The notes below the pieces were generated by a model. That model made no database searches. It saw nothing but the letters and a program-made list of their open reading frames with translations, and was not told where the DNA came from. Below, piece after piece: positions 36,063 to 49,884 of a DNA stretch of 64,000 nucleotides (position 1 is the first letter of the stretch; the number at the start of each line of letters is the position of its first letter). This DNA comes from Octopus sinensis (taxonomy: Eukaryota): contig NC_043018.1 in the NCBI RefSeq assembly GCF_006345805.1, positions 10,044,001-10,108,000 on the forward strand. The letters run 5' to 3'. The position numbers and the translations under genes are program-made.

Positions 36063-38701
36063 TTAACCCTTTTTCTGTTGAAATACATTGTAATTATTTC
36101 GGTTCATTTGGAAAATAATGAAGAATTGGAACATAAATTGATATTTTGATGGAAGGCTTTTAGATCACTTTAATACTTTAGGTACCATATTTCTCCTCAA
36201 ATGTGCTGCATTTGTTTCAAATCATTTTGAAAATAACAAAGAATTTACTCAAATAATTTTGTCATTCTGGTTTTTGGAACTTAAATTGATATGAAATTTC
36301 GATGGAAGGTTTTTAATTTGGATAATTTTAAAACAGGAAGTTTGTATCATAGAACCAGGAATGGTCTCAGGCAAGATGGTATTAAAAGGATTAAATGTGG
36401 AACCAGCTCTCTAGCTCTGTGTTTGTTTTGTCCTTTTGCTATCATATTTCTGTTAAGATACGCTCAGTTTGTTTCAATTCATATGAAAAATAGCAAAGAA
36501 TTTAGTAAAATAACTTTGTCTTTATTAAACTGGTATTTGGAACAAATCAGTTTGAAACTTGGATGGACGAGTTTAATTTAGATAATTTTAAAGCTGAAAT
36601 TTTCTTGCATAGAATCAAGGAACAATTTCAGGAAGGCTGGTATCAAAAGGGTTAGGTTCATTTTTCCAATATTTGTATCAATCTTGCACCTTATTTACCA
36701 TACTGTAAGTAATGATTTATCCATTTAGGGATTGTTTATCCCTAACTTACATTTTTACACCAAGTAAATAGAAAACAAAAACTGTCTTTTTCTACCATAA
36801 AATATGTTTCTCTGTTACAAAATAATTTTCCACCTGACAATTGAGTTTTTAAAACCATGTAAGATATTAGATATCGGATGAAATTTGAACAATTCTTCCT
36901 TAGAATGCTTAAGAGACATAGAATATGAAACAATCTCTGTTATATATTTCTTGGATTCTATTTTTTAAGCAACATTTTTCTATAAATATTTTGGAGAATA
37001 ATCATTGATGCAGAGTTTAGTTTAGAATTTGTTCAGAAAATAAAGTCTAAACAACAAAAAAATTATTTCAGTTCAATAAAGACGTTTAATAGTTACAAAT
37101 CTCTGATGGTTTGGCAGTAAGTGTTGATTATGCAATTTACATTATGTAGGCAATAATCATAGAATATTAATGAAATGTATGTAAGATGGGTTAGCTAAGT
37201 ATTTTACAAACCATCTCCCAGGTTATGTTTTCTAATCTAAATATGCTGCGTAATACTCAATCCAGATTTAATAATAAAGAATACAATTACATAACAAAGA
37301 GTAAAACTGCAATACATGAATAGAAATATACATGAAATTCTTAATAATTCTCTGAAATATTCGATTCCTGTGAAGTTGTTACCATATTTCTCTTGAAACA
37401 CACTGCGTTTGTTTTAATTAATTCAGGAAATAATAAAGCTTAAGTAAAATAACATTGTCATTATTTGGTGTTTGAAACATAAACTAAGATTAACCAATTC
37501 GTTACTGTATTTATTTTGAGATGCTCTGTGTTTCTTTCAATTATTTTAAATATAACAAAGAATTTAGTAAAATAACTTAGTTATCATTAAGGTTGAGTAG
37601 CCCATCCCGCTCAAACGGTCCCTGAATAAGGGTTGTTTAAGGATGTTGAAAGAACCACCCATGTTTCCAGAGGTGAATTATTCAAACCCCAAAGAATCCC
37701 TCTCAACACATGGCTATGATGCTCCCCCACTACTTCTGCTCGTGATTATGGTTTGGTAGAAGATTTTAATTTGGAACATATGAAAAATGACATTTTTTTG
37801 TACTACAAAGCCAGAGCTGGTTTCAGCCAGGTTGGTAACGAAAGGGTTAAATATAGAGGGATGTATTAAGTCTTGGTCACTTTAAAACAATGAATCTGTA
37901 TTGTATGACCAAGGACAGTTGCAGCTGGGTTGGTATCAAATGGGTTAACAAATGTGTAGTTTATGTTAAGGGGAAAATTAGTCAAGTAATTTTTGGCTAA
38001 GAAATATGTCTGTGAGTTTCAGGTGAAATTCTGTGTTTCTCACTTGTTAAAAATATTTATTTTTTTAAAAAGTTGTTTAGGTGATATCGCTAACTTATCA
38101 GGACAGACATTGGGCAAAAGAACAATAAAAGACAAAGAGGAGACATTTAACCTGCTGCTGCTGTTTCTTATGATGATGATGATGATGATGGCACATATAT
38201 AAATATGTATGTGTGTGTGTGTGTGTGTGTGTGTATACACACATACACAAGCAAAGCATCACATTACAATGTAGATGTTACATTTGTGAACTTTTACCTC
38301 AAGTGATAAGTTAATCACAACAACTGTGAACTGATAACAACAACGCTAAATTAATTAATAATAATGATAATAATAGTAGTAGTAGTAGTAATGCTAATGA
38401 TTTCAAATTTTTGCCACAAGGGCAGCTTGGGGGAGGGGATTAAGTCAATTACATCGACCCCAATGTTTCACTGGTACTTAATTTATCGACCAGTAATAAT
38501 AATAATAATAATAAAATAATAATAATAACGATGATAACAATAATGATAATATATAACAGCAACAACAACTGTGTGAACTGATAAAAGCAATGTGAATGTA
38601 TGTAATAATAACAATAATAATAATAATAACAACAACAACAACAATAATAATAATAATAACAATAATAATAATAATTAATAATAATGATAATGATGATGAT
38701 G

Positions 38702-38733
<32 letters not shown>

Positions 38734-41700
38734 TAATGATAATAATAATAATAATAATAATAATGATAAATAACCACAACCACAACAACAGTGATAATAA
38801 CAATGATGAAACCCCTTTCCTCCATGTTCCCTGTTAATGGAGAGACTACAGGAATTCTCAGAATAAATACAAACAACTGATTAGAATAATGTGCTCATTA
38901 CTGCACTAACGAGCAATGTTCTATGTAATTATACAATGTTAGGGTCAGAAACAGTTGTTGACAATCAAATAATTTTATTCAGCAAAAATATTTATTTCCA
39001 GAATTGGAAACATTGTGTTTATTGGAGAATGGCGGCCAACCTTTAACCAAAGTATACCACAATGCATCTGGGCTGGAAGTGGCACTGAGGAGTTCATGGC
39101 ACTCAGCTTTGCTGGTTGTAGCAGCCAAACGTCCCTCTTAAATTAGAAAAACACACACTGGAATATGTAAGCTGGGATAGACATGGAAAAATGACTGGCT
39201 GGTCATGACTGGAATGTCTTTGATCACATATCGTTGTTGGGTGTTAGATGAAATACTGCACTGGAACTGACAAGTCCGACCCATACCAATATGGGAGTAT
39301 GTGGCAGAAGACAATGATGATGATGATGACGATGACACTGACACTGACAATAAGGGCAATGATGACAATGATGTTGATGATACAGATGATGAATAGAAGG
39401 GGGAAGAATGATTATGGTCATGACGATGATAATGATGATGGTGCTGCTGAGTGTAACAACAACGATGATGATGATGATGATGATGATTATGAGTAGGAGG
39501 AGGATGACAATGATAGCAAATGACAATAATGATGATGATGATGATGATTCAGCATTCATAAGGTTCTAGATTAATTTTAATTAAACAGTTATACTAATGA
39601 GATAAACACCAATATAATGTCATTACAAGAATTAAAACTTTGCTATTGATCTACTTCTATCATTGGGTTCCTCAAAACATAAGTTTATCAAGAGATGATA
39701 AGCATTATGTAGCAACATTTAAATCAAATTAAATTAATGAACAGAAAATTTTCTTTATTACAGAAATATAATGGCAGAATGTAAAAGTTTAATTAAAAAA
39801 AACAACAACATACCCAATGTTAAAGATCGTTAGATATATGTGAAATATTTGTCCAACCCATGCCAGCATGGAAAGCAGACGCTAAACGATGATGATGATG
39901 ATGATGATTCGAACATCTAACTAATTAATAAATCTCTTGTTAAAGTGATGATCTTAAGATATATCATAAAACTAAAAGTGTAAAATAAATCTTTGTTACC
40001 ATATTTCTGTCGGAATATACTGTTTTTGCTTAAATTCATTTGGAAAACTAATAAAAAATTTAGTGAAATAACTTTGTCCTTATTAAGCTGCCATCTGGTA
40101 CATAAATTAACATGGAACTTTGAAGGTTTTACTTTAGATCACTTTAACTCTTTTGTTACCGTTGAAATATGCTGCTTTTGTTTCAAGTCATTTGGAAAAT
40201 TAATAAGTTTGTCATTATTAACTTGTCATTAAGGACAGAAACTAATACGAAATTTTGATGGAAGGTTTTAAATTAGATCACTTTAACCCTTTTGTTACCA
40301 TATTTCTGTAAAAAAACACTGCCTTTGTTTGAAGTCATCTGGAAGATTAATCAAGAATTTAGGGAAAAAACTCTCGTTATTAAGCTGACATCTGGAACAC
40401 AAATTAATATGAGATTTTGATGGAAGGCCTTAATTTAGATGATTCTAAAACAAGGAATTTTTATTATAGATTTAGGCAATTTCAGGCAGATTAGTATAAA
40501 AATAGTTGACCCTTCTGTTGAAATACACTTCCTTTGTTTCAGTTCATTTGGAAAACAACAAAGAATTTAGTAAAATAACTTTGTTATTATTAAGCTGGTG
40601 TTTGAAACACAAATTCACATGGAATTTTGATGCAAGATTTTAATTTAAACTAAATTAAAAAGTAGAAGTTTGAATTGAAGAAGGAGGGGATGGTCTCAGG
40701 TGGGTTGGCATCAAAATGGTTAAGCGGTTACTTATGAAAATGTGATACTTGAAAAATTGTTGTCAAGGTTTTTTTTTTTTTGGTAATTCCATTTCTAAGG
40801 TTCCTCTATATTCAAGAAGATTCAGCATGGCACAGAATGTGACAAGGCTGGCCCTTTCAAATGTGGGTACAGTTCATTTTTGCCAACTGATTGCACTGGA
40901 CTAATGAGAAATAAAGTGTCTTGCTCAAGGACATAATACACCATCAGGAATTGACTTCATGACTAAAATCACAAACCAAATACCCGAACCACTAGAACGG
41001 TTAAATATATGATTAACAAAGAAAAATCACCCAAATCATTTTGTGTAATGAACGGAACAAAGAATTTTCTAATCAGCTGCTTTTGTATGAGTTTCCAGTT
41101 GACCAAACATAGGTTTTGCAATGACTTTGTCCCTGGTTAGAATTTAAAAGGTAACAGCATCATTATCATCGTTTAACGTCCGTTTTCCATCCTAGCATGG
41201 GTTGGACGGTTCGACCAGGGTCTGGGAAGACAGAAGGCTGCACCAGGCTCCAGTCTAATCTGGCAGTGTTTCTACAGCTGGATGCCCTTCCTAACGCCAA
41301 CCACTCCAAGAGTGTAGTGGGTGCTTTTACGTGCTACCGGCACAGGGGCCAGAGGAGGCTGGCAATGGCCACAATCGGTTGGTGCTTTTTATGTGCTACT
41401 GGCCCACAACAAGAAATTGAAAATATTCATGTCAAGTTATTTTTTTCTTGGAGAGGTACAACATCACAGATTTGCAGAAGAAGGGTACATGAAATTCTGA
41501 GTGGTTCACGATATACTCACAGGCATAAACTGGAGAGATTCTGTAGAATAGCAAAGGTAGTTACTGAAAAGGAATCTCAGAATCTTACAACAAATGAGAT
41601 TCTCTAATTAATTAAACTGTAAGACACAACCAGGGTCTTATTTCTTGTCGGAGTCTCTAAGAAAGAGGCAAAGCTCAGGAATCAAATTCAAACACATCAT

Positions 41701-42798
41701 AAGATCGCTAATCTTAACTTCCTGTCAGCTGGATCTGTTTTGTTCCAATATTTCTGGTGAAATATACTTCCTTTCTTTTAATTAATTTTGAAAATAACGA
41801 AGGATTTACTGAAATAATTTTGTCATTATCATTATTTAAGCTGGCATTTGGAAAATTATTTAATATGAAATTTTGATGGAAGGTTTTAATTGAGATTCCT
41901 TAAAACCAGAAGTTTGTATCATAGGACCAGAGCTGTTCTTGGATAAATTAGGCATCAAAAGGTTTAAAAACAAACAAATAATTCCATTCCTGTATTATGT
42001 GATGACAATTTTATTGCTGTCTTTTAATTAATAAAGAATAAATAAGAAATAGAATGGTTGTATACTGTCAATCTAACAAGAACGTGACAGTAGGGGGTAC
42101 ACCACCGCTGTATAGCCCTAGGAAGCATCGAACGCCTCCTGATGGCTTTGACATATATGTACATAAGGACACAGGGAAAAATGTGTCAAAGCCATCAGGA
42201 GGCGTTCGATGCTTCCTAGGGCTATACAGCGGTGGTGTACCCCCTACTGTCACGTTCTTGTTAGATTGACAGTATACAACCATTCTATCGCCCCACCACC
42301 GTACATGTCTCTACGAGAGATTTAGAAATTCAATATTTCTTATAAATAAGAAATATTAATCCTTTTGTTACCATATTTCTGTTGAAATAAGCTTTCTTTG
42401 TTTCAATTAATTCTGAAAATAGTGAAGAATAAGCTAAAATAACTTTACCATTATTATTATGTTTGGAACACAAATTGTCAGGAAATTTCAACAGAAGGCT
42501 TTGAGATTTTAACCCTTTAGCAACCAGATTCCTCTGTCAAATGTAATGCTTATTTATTCATTGTTTTGAATTAATCTTGCATTATCTTGTAGCTTTGAGA
42601 TTTCAATGATGTGATTGTTACATTTTAGAAATGACATTGTAGGGTAGGTGTGAGAAGGTGGATATGGCTAGTTTAAACATAAAAAAAAGATAGATTATTT
42701 GGACTGGATATGGCTTGTTTAAATGTTCAAGGGTCAAACAAGGAGTTTGTATCATAAAACCGGGGTCAGACTTGTGTGGGTTGATATCATAAGGGTTA
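36063..42798 (+). mobile_element. Cluster of roughly ten tandem or nested piggyBac-like MITE copies and fragments (interspersed with other repeats)
   Basis: Recurrent TTAACCCTTTTGTTACCATATTTCTGTTGAAAT starts and GGTATCAAAAGGGTTAA-like ends with the shared core GAATTTAGTAAAATAACTTTGTC...TTTTGATGGAAGGTTTTAATTTAG, near 36063, 36180, 36430, 37491, 39990, 40145, 40283, 40510, 41740 and 42355. Confidence 0.7.
42049..42288. repeat. Perfect inverted repeat: 105-bp arms (42049-42153, 42184-42288) with 30-bp spacer
   Basis: Base-by-base reverse complementarity; the two opposite-strand track ORFs share identical N- and C-terminal peptide for this reason. Confidence 0.97.
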
Positions 42799-43499
42799 AG
42801 TGTTAAAAGTTCATCTTCCCTTGATTGATGCTGCGAAAGATCAATAAAAAGCAGCTCTTGTAAAAAAAAAAAAAAGAAGAAAAATACAAAAAGAAAAAAA
42901 GTGAAAAATCACCATTTTGCTTCTTTTTTTTGTTATGCACCTCCATTGACCACAATCTTCTTCTTCTGTCTTGCCTGAATTTTCTGATTGGAAACAGATT
43001 TTTCAATATTTTATTCTCTCTTGCTCTTGCTACAATGCTGCTATGCATTATTTTTACCTATTTACACCTTTTTGCCAATCACTTTATGCAGTGCATCTTT
43101 TTTACTTATATACTTGCTAAGCGCCAGTATATAAATATCTTTTTTCTATTTAATCTTTACAAAGTTTGTATCACTTTTACTGGCTTGCTGCCCTGATTCT
43201 TCTCTCTTGTTTTCTCTGCGTGTATTTTTTCTCACCAATTTTCTAAACTTCTGCCAATCAAAGTGTGTTTATTTATCTTCAGCAACATTACTACCATTAT
43301 CCATTGATCTATCATGCATCTGTACATACATAAATGTCTGTCTCTCTTTCTCACCATCCATTCATCTATCCATCAAGCCACCTACCATTCTTCCTGCTTT
43401 CCTAGCTATTTATATTTCTCTGTATCTATCTACCTATCTGTCTATCTAGCTATCTACCCACCTATCTATCTATCTACCTGTCTGTCTGTCTGTTTATCA

Positions 43500-43554
<55 letters not shown>

Positions 43555-43674
43555 AATCTTCCCATTGCTCTATCTATCTGTCTATCTATCTACCTACCTA
43601 TCTGTCTATCTATCTATCTAGCTTTTTCATAAGCAGATACTAACTATATAATAACTATATATATATATATATAA

Positions 43675-43822
43675 AGTTAATCCAAACAAGAAAACACAGA
43701 AAAAAACACAGCGACGCAAGGACGTGGAACAATTAAAGTATTATTTGACGCTCAGGAAAGAAGGGAAGGAGGGTTTAACGTTTCGAGCAGAGCTCTTCGT
43801 CGGAAACAAGGAGAAGGAAAGA
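43675..43822 (-). mobile_element. Same hammerhead-bearing repeat, copy 5 (truncated)
   Basis: Reverse complement reads GTTTCCGACGAAGAGCTCTGCTCGAAACGTTAAAC (43807-43773). Confidence 0.7.
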
Positions 43823-43938
43823 TATATATATATATGTATATATATATATATGCACACACACTCACACACACGTAGGTATATATGTTTACTTACAGACCTA
43901 AAGACATATCCTAAAAATATGCTACATTTAAAAATATA

Positions 43939-44801
43939 CAGGGTGCGGTGAATAAACTGTCGTCTAAATTACGCAAAAATGAAAATAACACTGACATTTT
44001 AAAAGATATATTTACCAAAATTACATAAAAATATCTTGAAATGCTAAAGAGTAAATTTATTCAATAAAATCGCCATTGGTTTCAACCACAGCCTCCAGAC
44101 GACTTCAGAATCTCCTGCAACTCTTCTGGATGGTCTCCTTGTTTAAGTTGTTGAATGCTGCCATAATCCTCACCTTCAGTTCATCTTTGGTGTTACAAGG
44201 AATTTTGTTGGTCTCTTGCTCAGCTGTGCCCCACTAATAATTATCAAGGTGGTTGCAGTCTGGGGAGTTAGGTGGCCAGATATTAGGGGGTGATGTGGTC
44301 GCAGAAATTATCTGACAGCCATAACTGGGCTCTCCTATTTGTGGCATGGCACAGAGTCTTGTTGCCAGACATAGGGTCTTCCAGCAGCCACCCTCTTGAC
44401 CCAGAGCAGTACTACCTCCTCCAGGTGCTTGATGTAGGCTTTCGTGTTGAGCATGAGGCCATGTGGGAAGATGAACGGAGCCATAATGTCACCATCAGTA
44501 GTGATCACTCCAAACACCATGATGTTGACTGGATGTGTGATTTTTATCACTCTTGGTACATGTCCCCAGATTGACACCCAAACACTCTGAAATGTGCATA
44601 TTGGAGCTTCCAGGGTGAATGCCAAGCAGTACAACATGTCGTTTCCAAATTTCTGGCAGAGTGAATTGCGTCATGGTGCTGTTTTTCTCACAGACGGTAC
44701 CCAACTGACCCTACAATACTGTGTAGTTGACAAAATCAAAAACAATGTGCATGCACAAAATTAAAAATATAAAATGGCAACAATTTACCCATTGCACCTT
44801 G
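43939..44801 (-). mobile_element. Internally deleted Tc1/mariner element, DD37D (maT)-type transposase relic
   Basis: TA-flanked imperfect TIRs (CAGGGTGCGGTGAATAAACTG / revcomp CAAGGTGCAATGGGTAAATTG). Minus-strand peptides HPVNIMVFGVITTDG...PYVWQQDSVPCH and IWPPNSPDCNHLD...RLEAVVETNGDFIE*. After repairing frameshifts there are 37 residues between the 2nd and 3rd Asp. Confidence 0.88.
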
Positions 44802-46420
44802 TATACTGACTAAATACTAACTCAGAACTATATTTACAGTCATGTTCTAACTATATACTAATTCACAAACACACACTAAGGACATACTATCTTTTAATCC
44901 TTTCAGTTATTAGATTGTGGCCATACTGGGGCTTTGAAGAATTTTAGTTGAATGAATCAACCTCAGTACTTATTTTTTAAAGGCCGGTACTCAATCCATC
45001 AGTCTCTTTTGCTAAACTGTTAAGTTATGGGGATAGAAATGCACCAATACCAGGTGTCAAGTGATGTTGGAGGACAAACACAAATGTAAAGACACACACA
45101 TATATTCATATGACAGGCTTCTTTTGGTTTCCATCTATGAAATCCACTTAGAAGGCTTTGTTTGACCAGGGCTACAGTAGAAGACACTCACCCCAGGTGC
45201 CACACAGTGGGACTGAACCCAAAGCAATGTGGTTAGAAAGCAAGCTTCTTACCACACAACCACACCTGTGCCTACTCGGGAAAGAATATGAATAAAGTAG
45301 CAACCACAATTCCACTCTGTCTTTTGCTGACTGGAATTTTGGAACCACTAAAAGAGAAACTCATTATTTCCCTCTTGGAAGAACATATTCTACAAGATCT
45401 TAGTTAATTAGTTTCTTCAGCTTCGTTATGACAAATAAATAGTTTAATGAATATTGGTTTCGTTTCGAAACAAGGCCAGCCAGTTTGGGAGAGGGTGGGG
45501 GTGGAGATAGTAGATTCCATTGACCCTAGTGTTTCACTTATTCTATTGACCCTAAAAGGACGAAAGGCAAAGTCGACCTCTGTGGAATTTGAACTCACAA
45601 CATAAAGATGAACAAATAGCATTTTGTCCACCAAGGGACAGAATAAATAACAGGCTTAAAAAAAAAGGGGGGTCAATACATTTGACTATAAAGTTCTTTG
45701 AGGTGATGCCCCAGCATGGCCATGGTTTAATGACTGAAACAAATAAAACAATAAAAGACAATTCCAAAGACAAAAGCAATACTTCATTCTGTTTTTGGTA
45801 TGAATTTTGTTTGTTTTTATGTCTGTCTCCCCCCCCCCCCCCACGTTTGTATGGATTTGATAGATTTTAGTAAAGTAAAAAATATTTAAAGCTATAATTC
45901 CTTGAATACAGCATTCTTTGTGAGGACATTTGATTCCCCAAGTTTTCCTTGACCTTTGTAGTCTTGGAACTGTAATTGGCCTGAATCTATAGTCAGCTTT
46001 CTCAAAATCTGAGTTCTGCTTAGAGCTATATTCAACTGGCTTGACAGGTTGTGATAGGAACAAATCTCCTATTTTCTATGACATTCCTGTTGCCCAACCC
46101 TCACCTGTCTTCAAAGAAGGTAATATTTCCCCTGTGGCCAGACATGATTTTGCAGAATATTGAAAGTGAATGACACTGCTTGTATGACAGTGACACTCAT
46201 TTACAACTATCACACAATGACTAGACAAAGAACATACAAGTATACACCACCACACATATATAAAGACTCAAACACACATATATACATACATGTATATATA
46301 TCTACATTTATATTTATATACCTATACAGACATATATAGATGTATATATACATACATATATATATATATACATACATATATAAATGTATATATATATTTA
46401 TATATATATATATACATACA

Positions 46421-46538
<118 letters not shown>

Positions 46539-47191
46539 CATACATATAAATATATATACAGACATACATATATATATATATATATCAAGAGGATGTGTTA
46601 TAATACTATTCCACAGCCATACCAACAATCCAACACCCCCCATCATCAGCTGCCTCACGGATATCATTATGGTTTCGACACCTGAACAGTACCATTCAAT
46701 CTGGAGGTGTCAACAGCACTAAAATAAGTGTTGTTCAGGAATGAACAAACCAAAGAAACCACAACTTTCAAACACTTTTACCCAATGTACAACTGTATCG
46801 ATAAATAAATTCCATAAGTAAATTACAACCCCTCCTAAATACGTGAGCTTCATTCAGTTTCTACCCAGCAAATCCACTCACAAGGTTTTTGTGGGTCCAG
46901 AGATATGGTAGAAGACACTAACCCAAAGTGCCATACAGTGGGAATGAACCCGCAATCATATAGTTCAGAAGCAGACTTCTTAGTCTAATGGCCACACCTG
47001 CTCCCATTTTTAACAATACTGAATAATGTAACGCTAGATACACTATGCCAGAAGAAGAAAAAAGAAGCAGGATGGGATGATCAAATTTGGAATGCTTTTG
47101 ATCACAGTTCTGTTTAATTAGGATTCACCTGTGGTCAAATAACCGTTGACTGAAGACCATCTGTTCTTCATTGCCAGAATTATATGGTACC

Positions 47192-47377
47192 TGTATTTCA
47201 AAGGGCCGGCCTTGTCACTCTCTGTGTCATGCTGAATATCCCCGAGAACTACGTTAAGGGGTACACATGTCTGTGGAGTGCTCAGCCACTTACATGTTAA
47301 TTTCACGAGCAGGCTGTTCCGTTGATCGGATCAATCGGAACCCTCGTCGTCGTAACCGACGGAGTGCTTCCTCCTCC
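47192..47377 (+). mobile_element. 5'-truncated retroposon (SINE family E tail) with 11-bp TSD
   Basis: TATATGGTACC at 47181-47191 and 47378-47388; (CCT)n tail. A longer antisense copy lies at about 60015-60320. Confidence 0.75.
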
Positions 47378-48127
47378 TATATGGTACCATATAATTGTTA
47401 GCACGCCAGGCAAAATGCTTTGCAGCATTTCATATGACTTTATGTTCTGAGTTCAAATTCCACCGAGGTCAACTCTGCTTTTCATCTGTCTTGGGTTGAC
47501 AAAATAAGTACCAGTTGCACACTGGGGTCGATATAATTGACTTAACTCCAGCTTCTGAAACTACTGATGTATCAAAATCTGAAACTAAAATTATATGGTA
47601 CTAACAATATATATGGTACTGGGTCATGTAAAATATGGTACCTCGACAGCAGTGCACCAGTATCACACATTAGTATTCTAGCATAATCTTGGCTGCGATC
47701 TTAATAATAGAGCAGAGAAGAAGACTGCAGACAAAAAAGAAATCAATTTAAATACTGCCTTACTGCTTAAAGTACATTTTTTATAAATATAATTTTAGAC
47801 ATCTGATCTTGTGAAGTAGAAAGAATACGAAAATATCAAATCAATGATTTTTCATTCGAATATTGGATCTGAAAATGGGGGTTTCATGTGGAAAACATGG
47901 ATTAGGGAAGGGGGTTCCTTTTTCCTTCCCCACTTCCCTTTTTTTGATTTTTTTTTTCTCTTTTAAGAAATAATTTGCTTAATTTATTTGATAGAATTCA
48001 CTGAAAGAATAACTGAATAATTTTTCTGTTTGCTAAAAATAGCAGCTAAATCTCCTTCAAACCAACCCCCTCTCCAACCACAGTCTTCAGCAACATAATC
48101 ACATCTTCTTTCTCTTCTTCAGTTCTT

Positions 48128-48183
<56 letters not shown>

Positions 48184-48222
48184 GCTTCTACTACTACTAC
48201 TACTGCTTCTACTACTACTACA

Positions 48223-48261
<39 letters not shown>

Positions 48262-48271
48262 GCTTCTGCTT

Positions 48272-48304
<33 letters not shown>

Positions 48305-49263
48305 TTTCATCAAATTCTTCTATTTCTTCACCACCATCATCTTCTCCTCCTCACCACCACCACCACAACAACCAACACCATCATCATCATCGCTGTCATC
48401 ACCATCTTGTTGTCCCATAATACCATCACCAATCGATATTATCAATCAGCTAATCAATCATATATCAAATAATTGCTAATCCATTATTTCTGCGTAGAAT
48501 CGTTTCATTTATTGTCACTGTCAGACAGGTCAGTTCTGACACCAGTTTTCATTCTGTTCCATCATCTGAAACGAGTTAATTTTTTTTTTTTTTCTATTCT
48601 TTCAACTTCTGCAGGGTTTATGCTTTGTTTTTACTTTTTTTATTTTTTTGTTAATTTTCAGCTTTTCAGTTTAGATTTTTTCACTTAATGAAGCAGTTTA
48701 ACTTTCATTGTATGGTTTATTCTGTTCAAAGAACTCTACTATGGTATAAAAAAATAAAGAATTCAAATTGCAACATCAGCCTAATCTAATTGTGTTTATA
48801 AAAAAACAGCGGCAGGGAAGGGAAGATAGAAGGGTGTTGAACTTTGGTTAACAATCTTTGTCCCATTCAGCAGAAATATGGCCCCTTCCATATATATATA
48901 TATACATCCACAATATAGTTGACTCATTAAAAATTAATAGCCAATTCTCCCAAGCCAACAGGAGGGCCTCTTTGTGGTAGCTTGACTTTATAGAAATAGC
49001 AACCAAATTTCTCTCAAATTGCACACACGATTTTCATTAAAAAATCAAAAGACAGATAAATGTAATCTGATAAAAAAAACAAAAAAAAAAACAGGTGGCC
49101 TCTACTGGAATGATGGGTTGATTTGAAGTTAAACGCAAACACAATCTCAATGATAATATCAAGTTACTGTTTAAAGATTGACTTTCATATATATATACCA
49201 GAGTAAGTGCATAAATGCGAAACAAGGTGAAAAAAATAGTACTCAAATACCAGAGGTAGAGTA

Positions 49264-49439
49264 ATATGCTTTATTAAAAAACAGCAAAAATATCACAAAA
49301 ACTGTTACTCAGAGTTTCATGTTCCCGTTTGTCAGGCAGTTTTGTTTAGAATCCTAAACAAAACTGTCTGATGAAAGGGAATGTGAAACTCCGAGTAACA
49401 GTTTTTGTGACATTTTTGCTGTTTTTTAATAAAGTATAT
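49264..49439. repeat. Imperfect ~175-bp inverted repeat whose arms each contain a type I hammerhead
   Basis: Arms pair around a 4-nt loop at 49350-49353. Right arm reads AAAACTGT-CTGATGA-AAGGGAATGT-GAAA-CTCCGA-GTA-ACAGTTTT. Confidence 0.75.
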
Positions 49440-49501
49440 ATCATGCTCGAATGGTGTGCTTAATGTGCCACCGGCACGAAGGCCAGTTTGTTGCTCAGAC
49501 A

Positions 49502-49539
<38 letters not shown>

Positions 49540-49810
49540 GTATATATATATGTGTGTGTGTGTATGCATGTGTGTATATATATATATGTGTATATATATT
49601 AAATATAGTACTCAATATTTCTGTAGAGTTAATTATATAAGTCTCTCTGAGACCAGCTTACTGAGTTATAACCTTGTGTCAACACTTGCAAGATTTTTTC
49701 AAAGCTAGTTCTTTGCAAGAATAGAAACTGAATATGCTGGTGAACTGCCATAATATTTTGGCATCAAAAAATAGACTAAGAACCAAAATAAGTATCTATA
49801 TGTGTGTGTG

Positions 49811-49884
<74 letters not shown>

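Noticed and set aside
42054-42283. Two 71-aa ORFs with shared ends on opposite strands
   Set aside because: Direct consequence of the perfect palindrome; no recognisable domain.
46640-46730. Possible further hammerhead (GAAAC with CTGTTGA/CTGATGA on minus); similar partial motifs near 6010-6050 and 18100-18160
   Set aside because: Core or stem I cannot be placed in register; too degraded to call.
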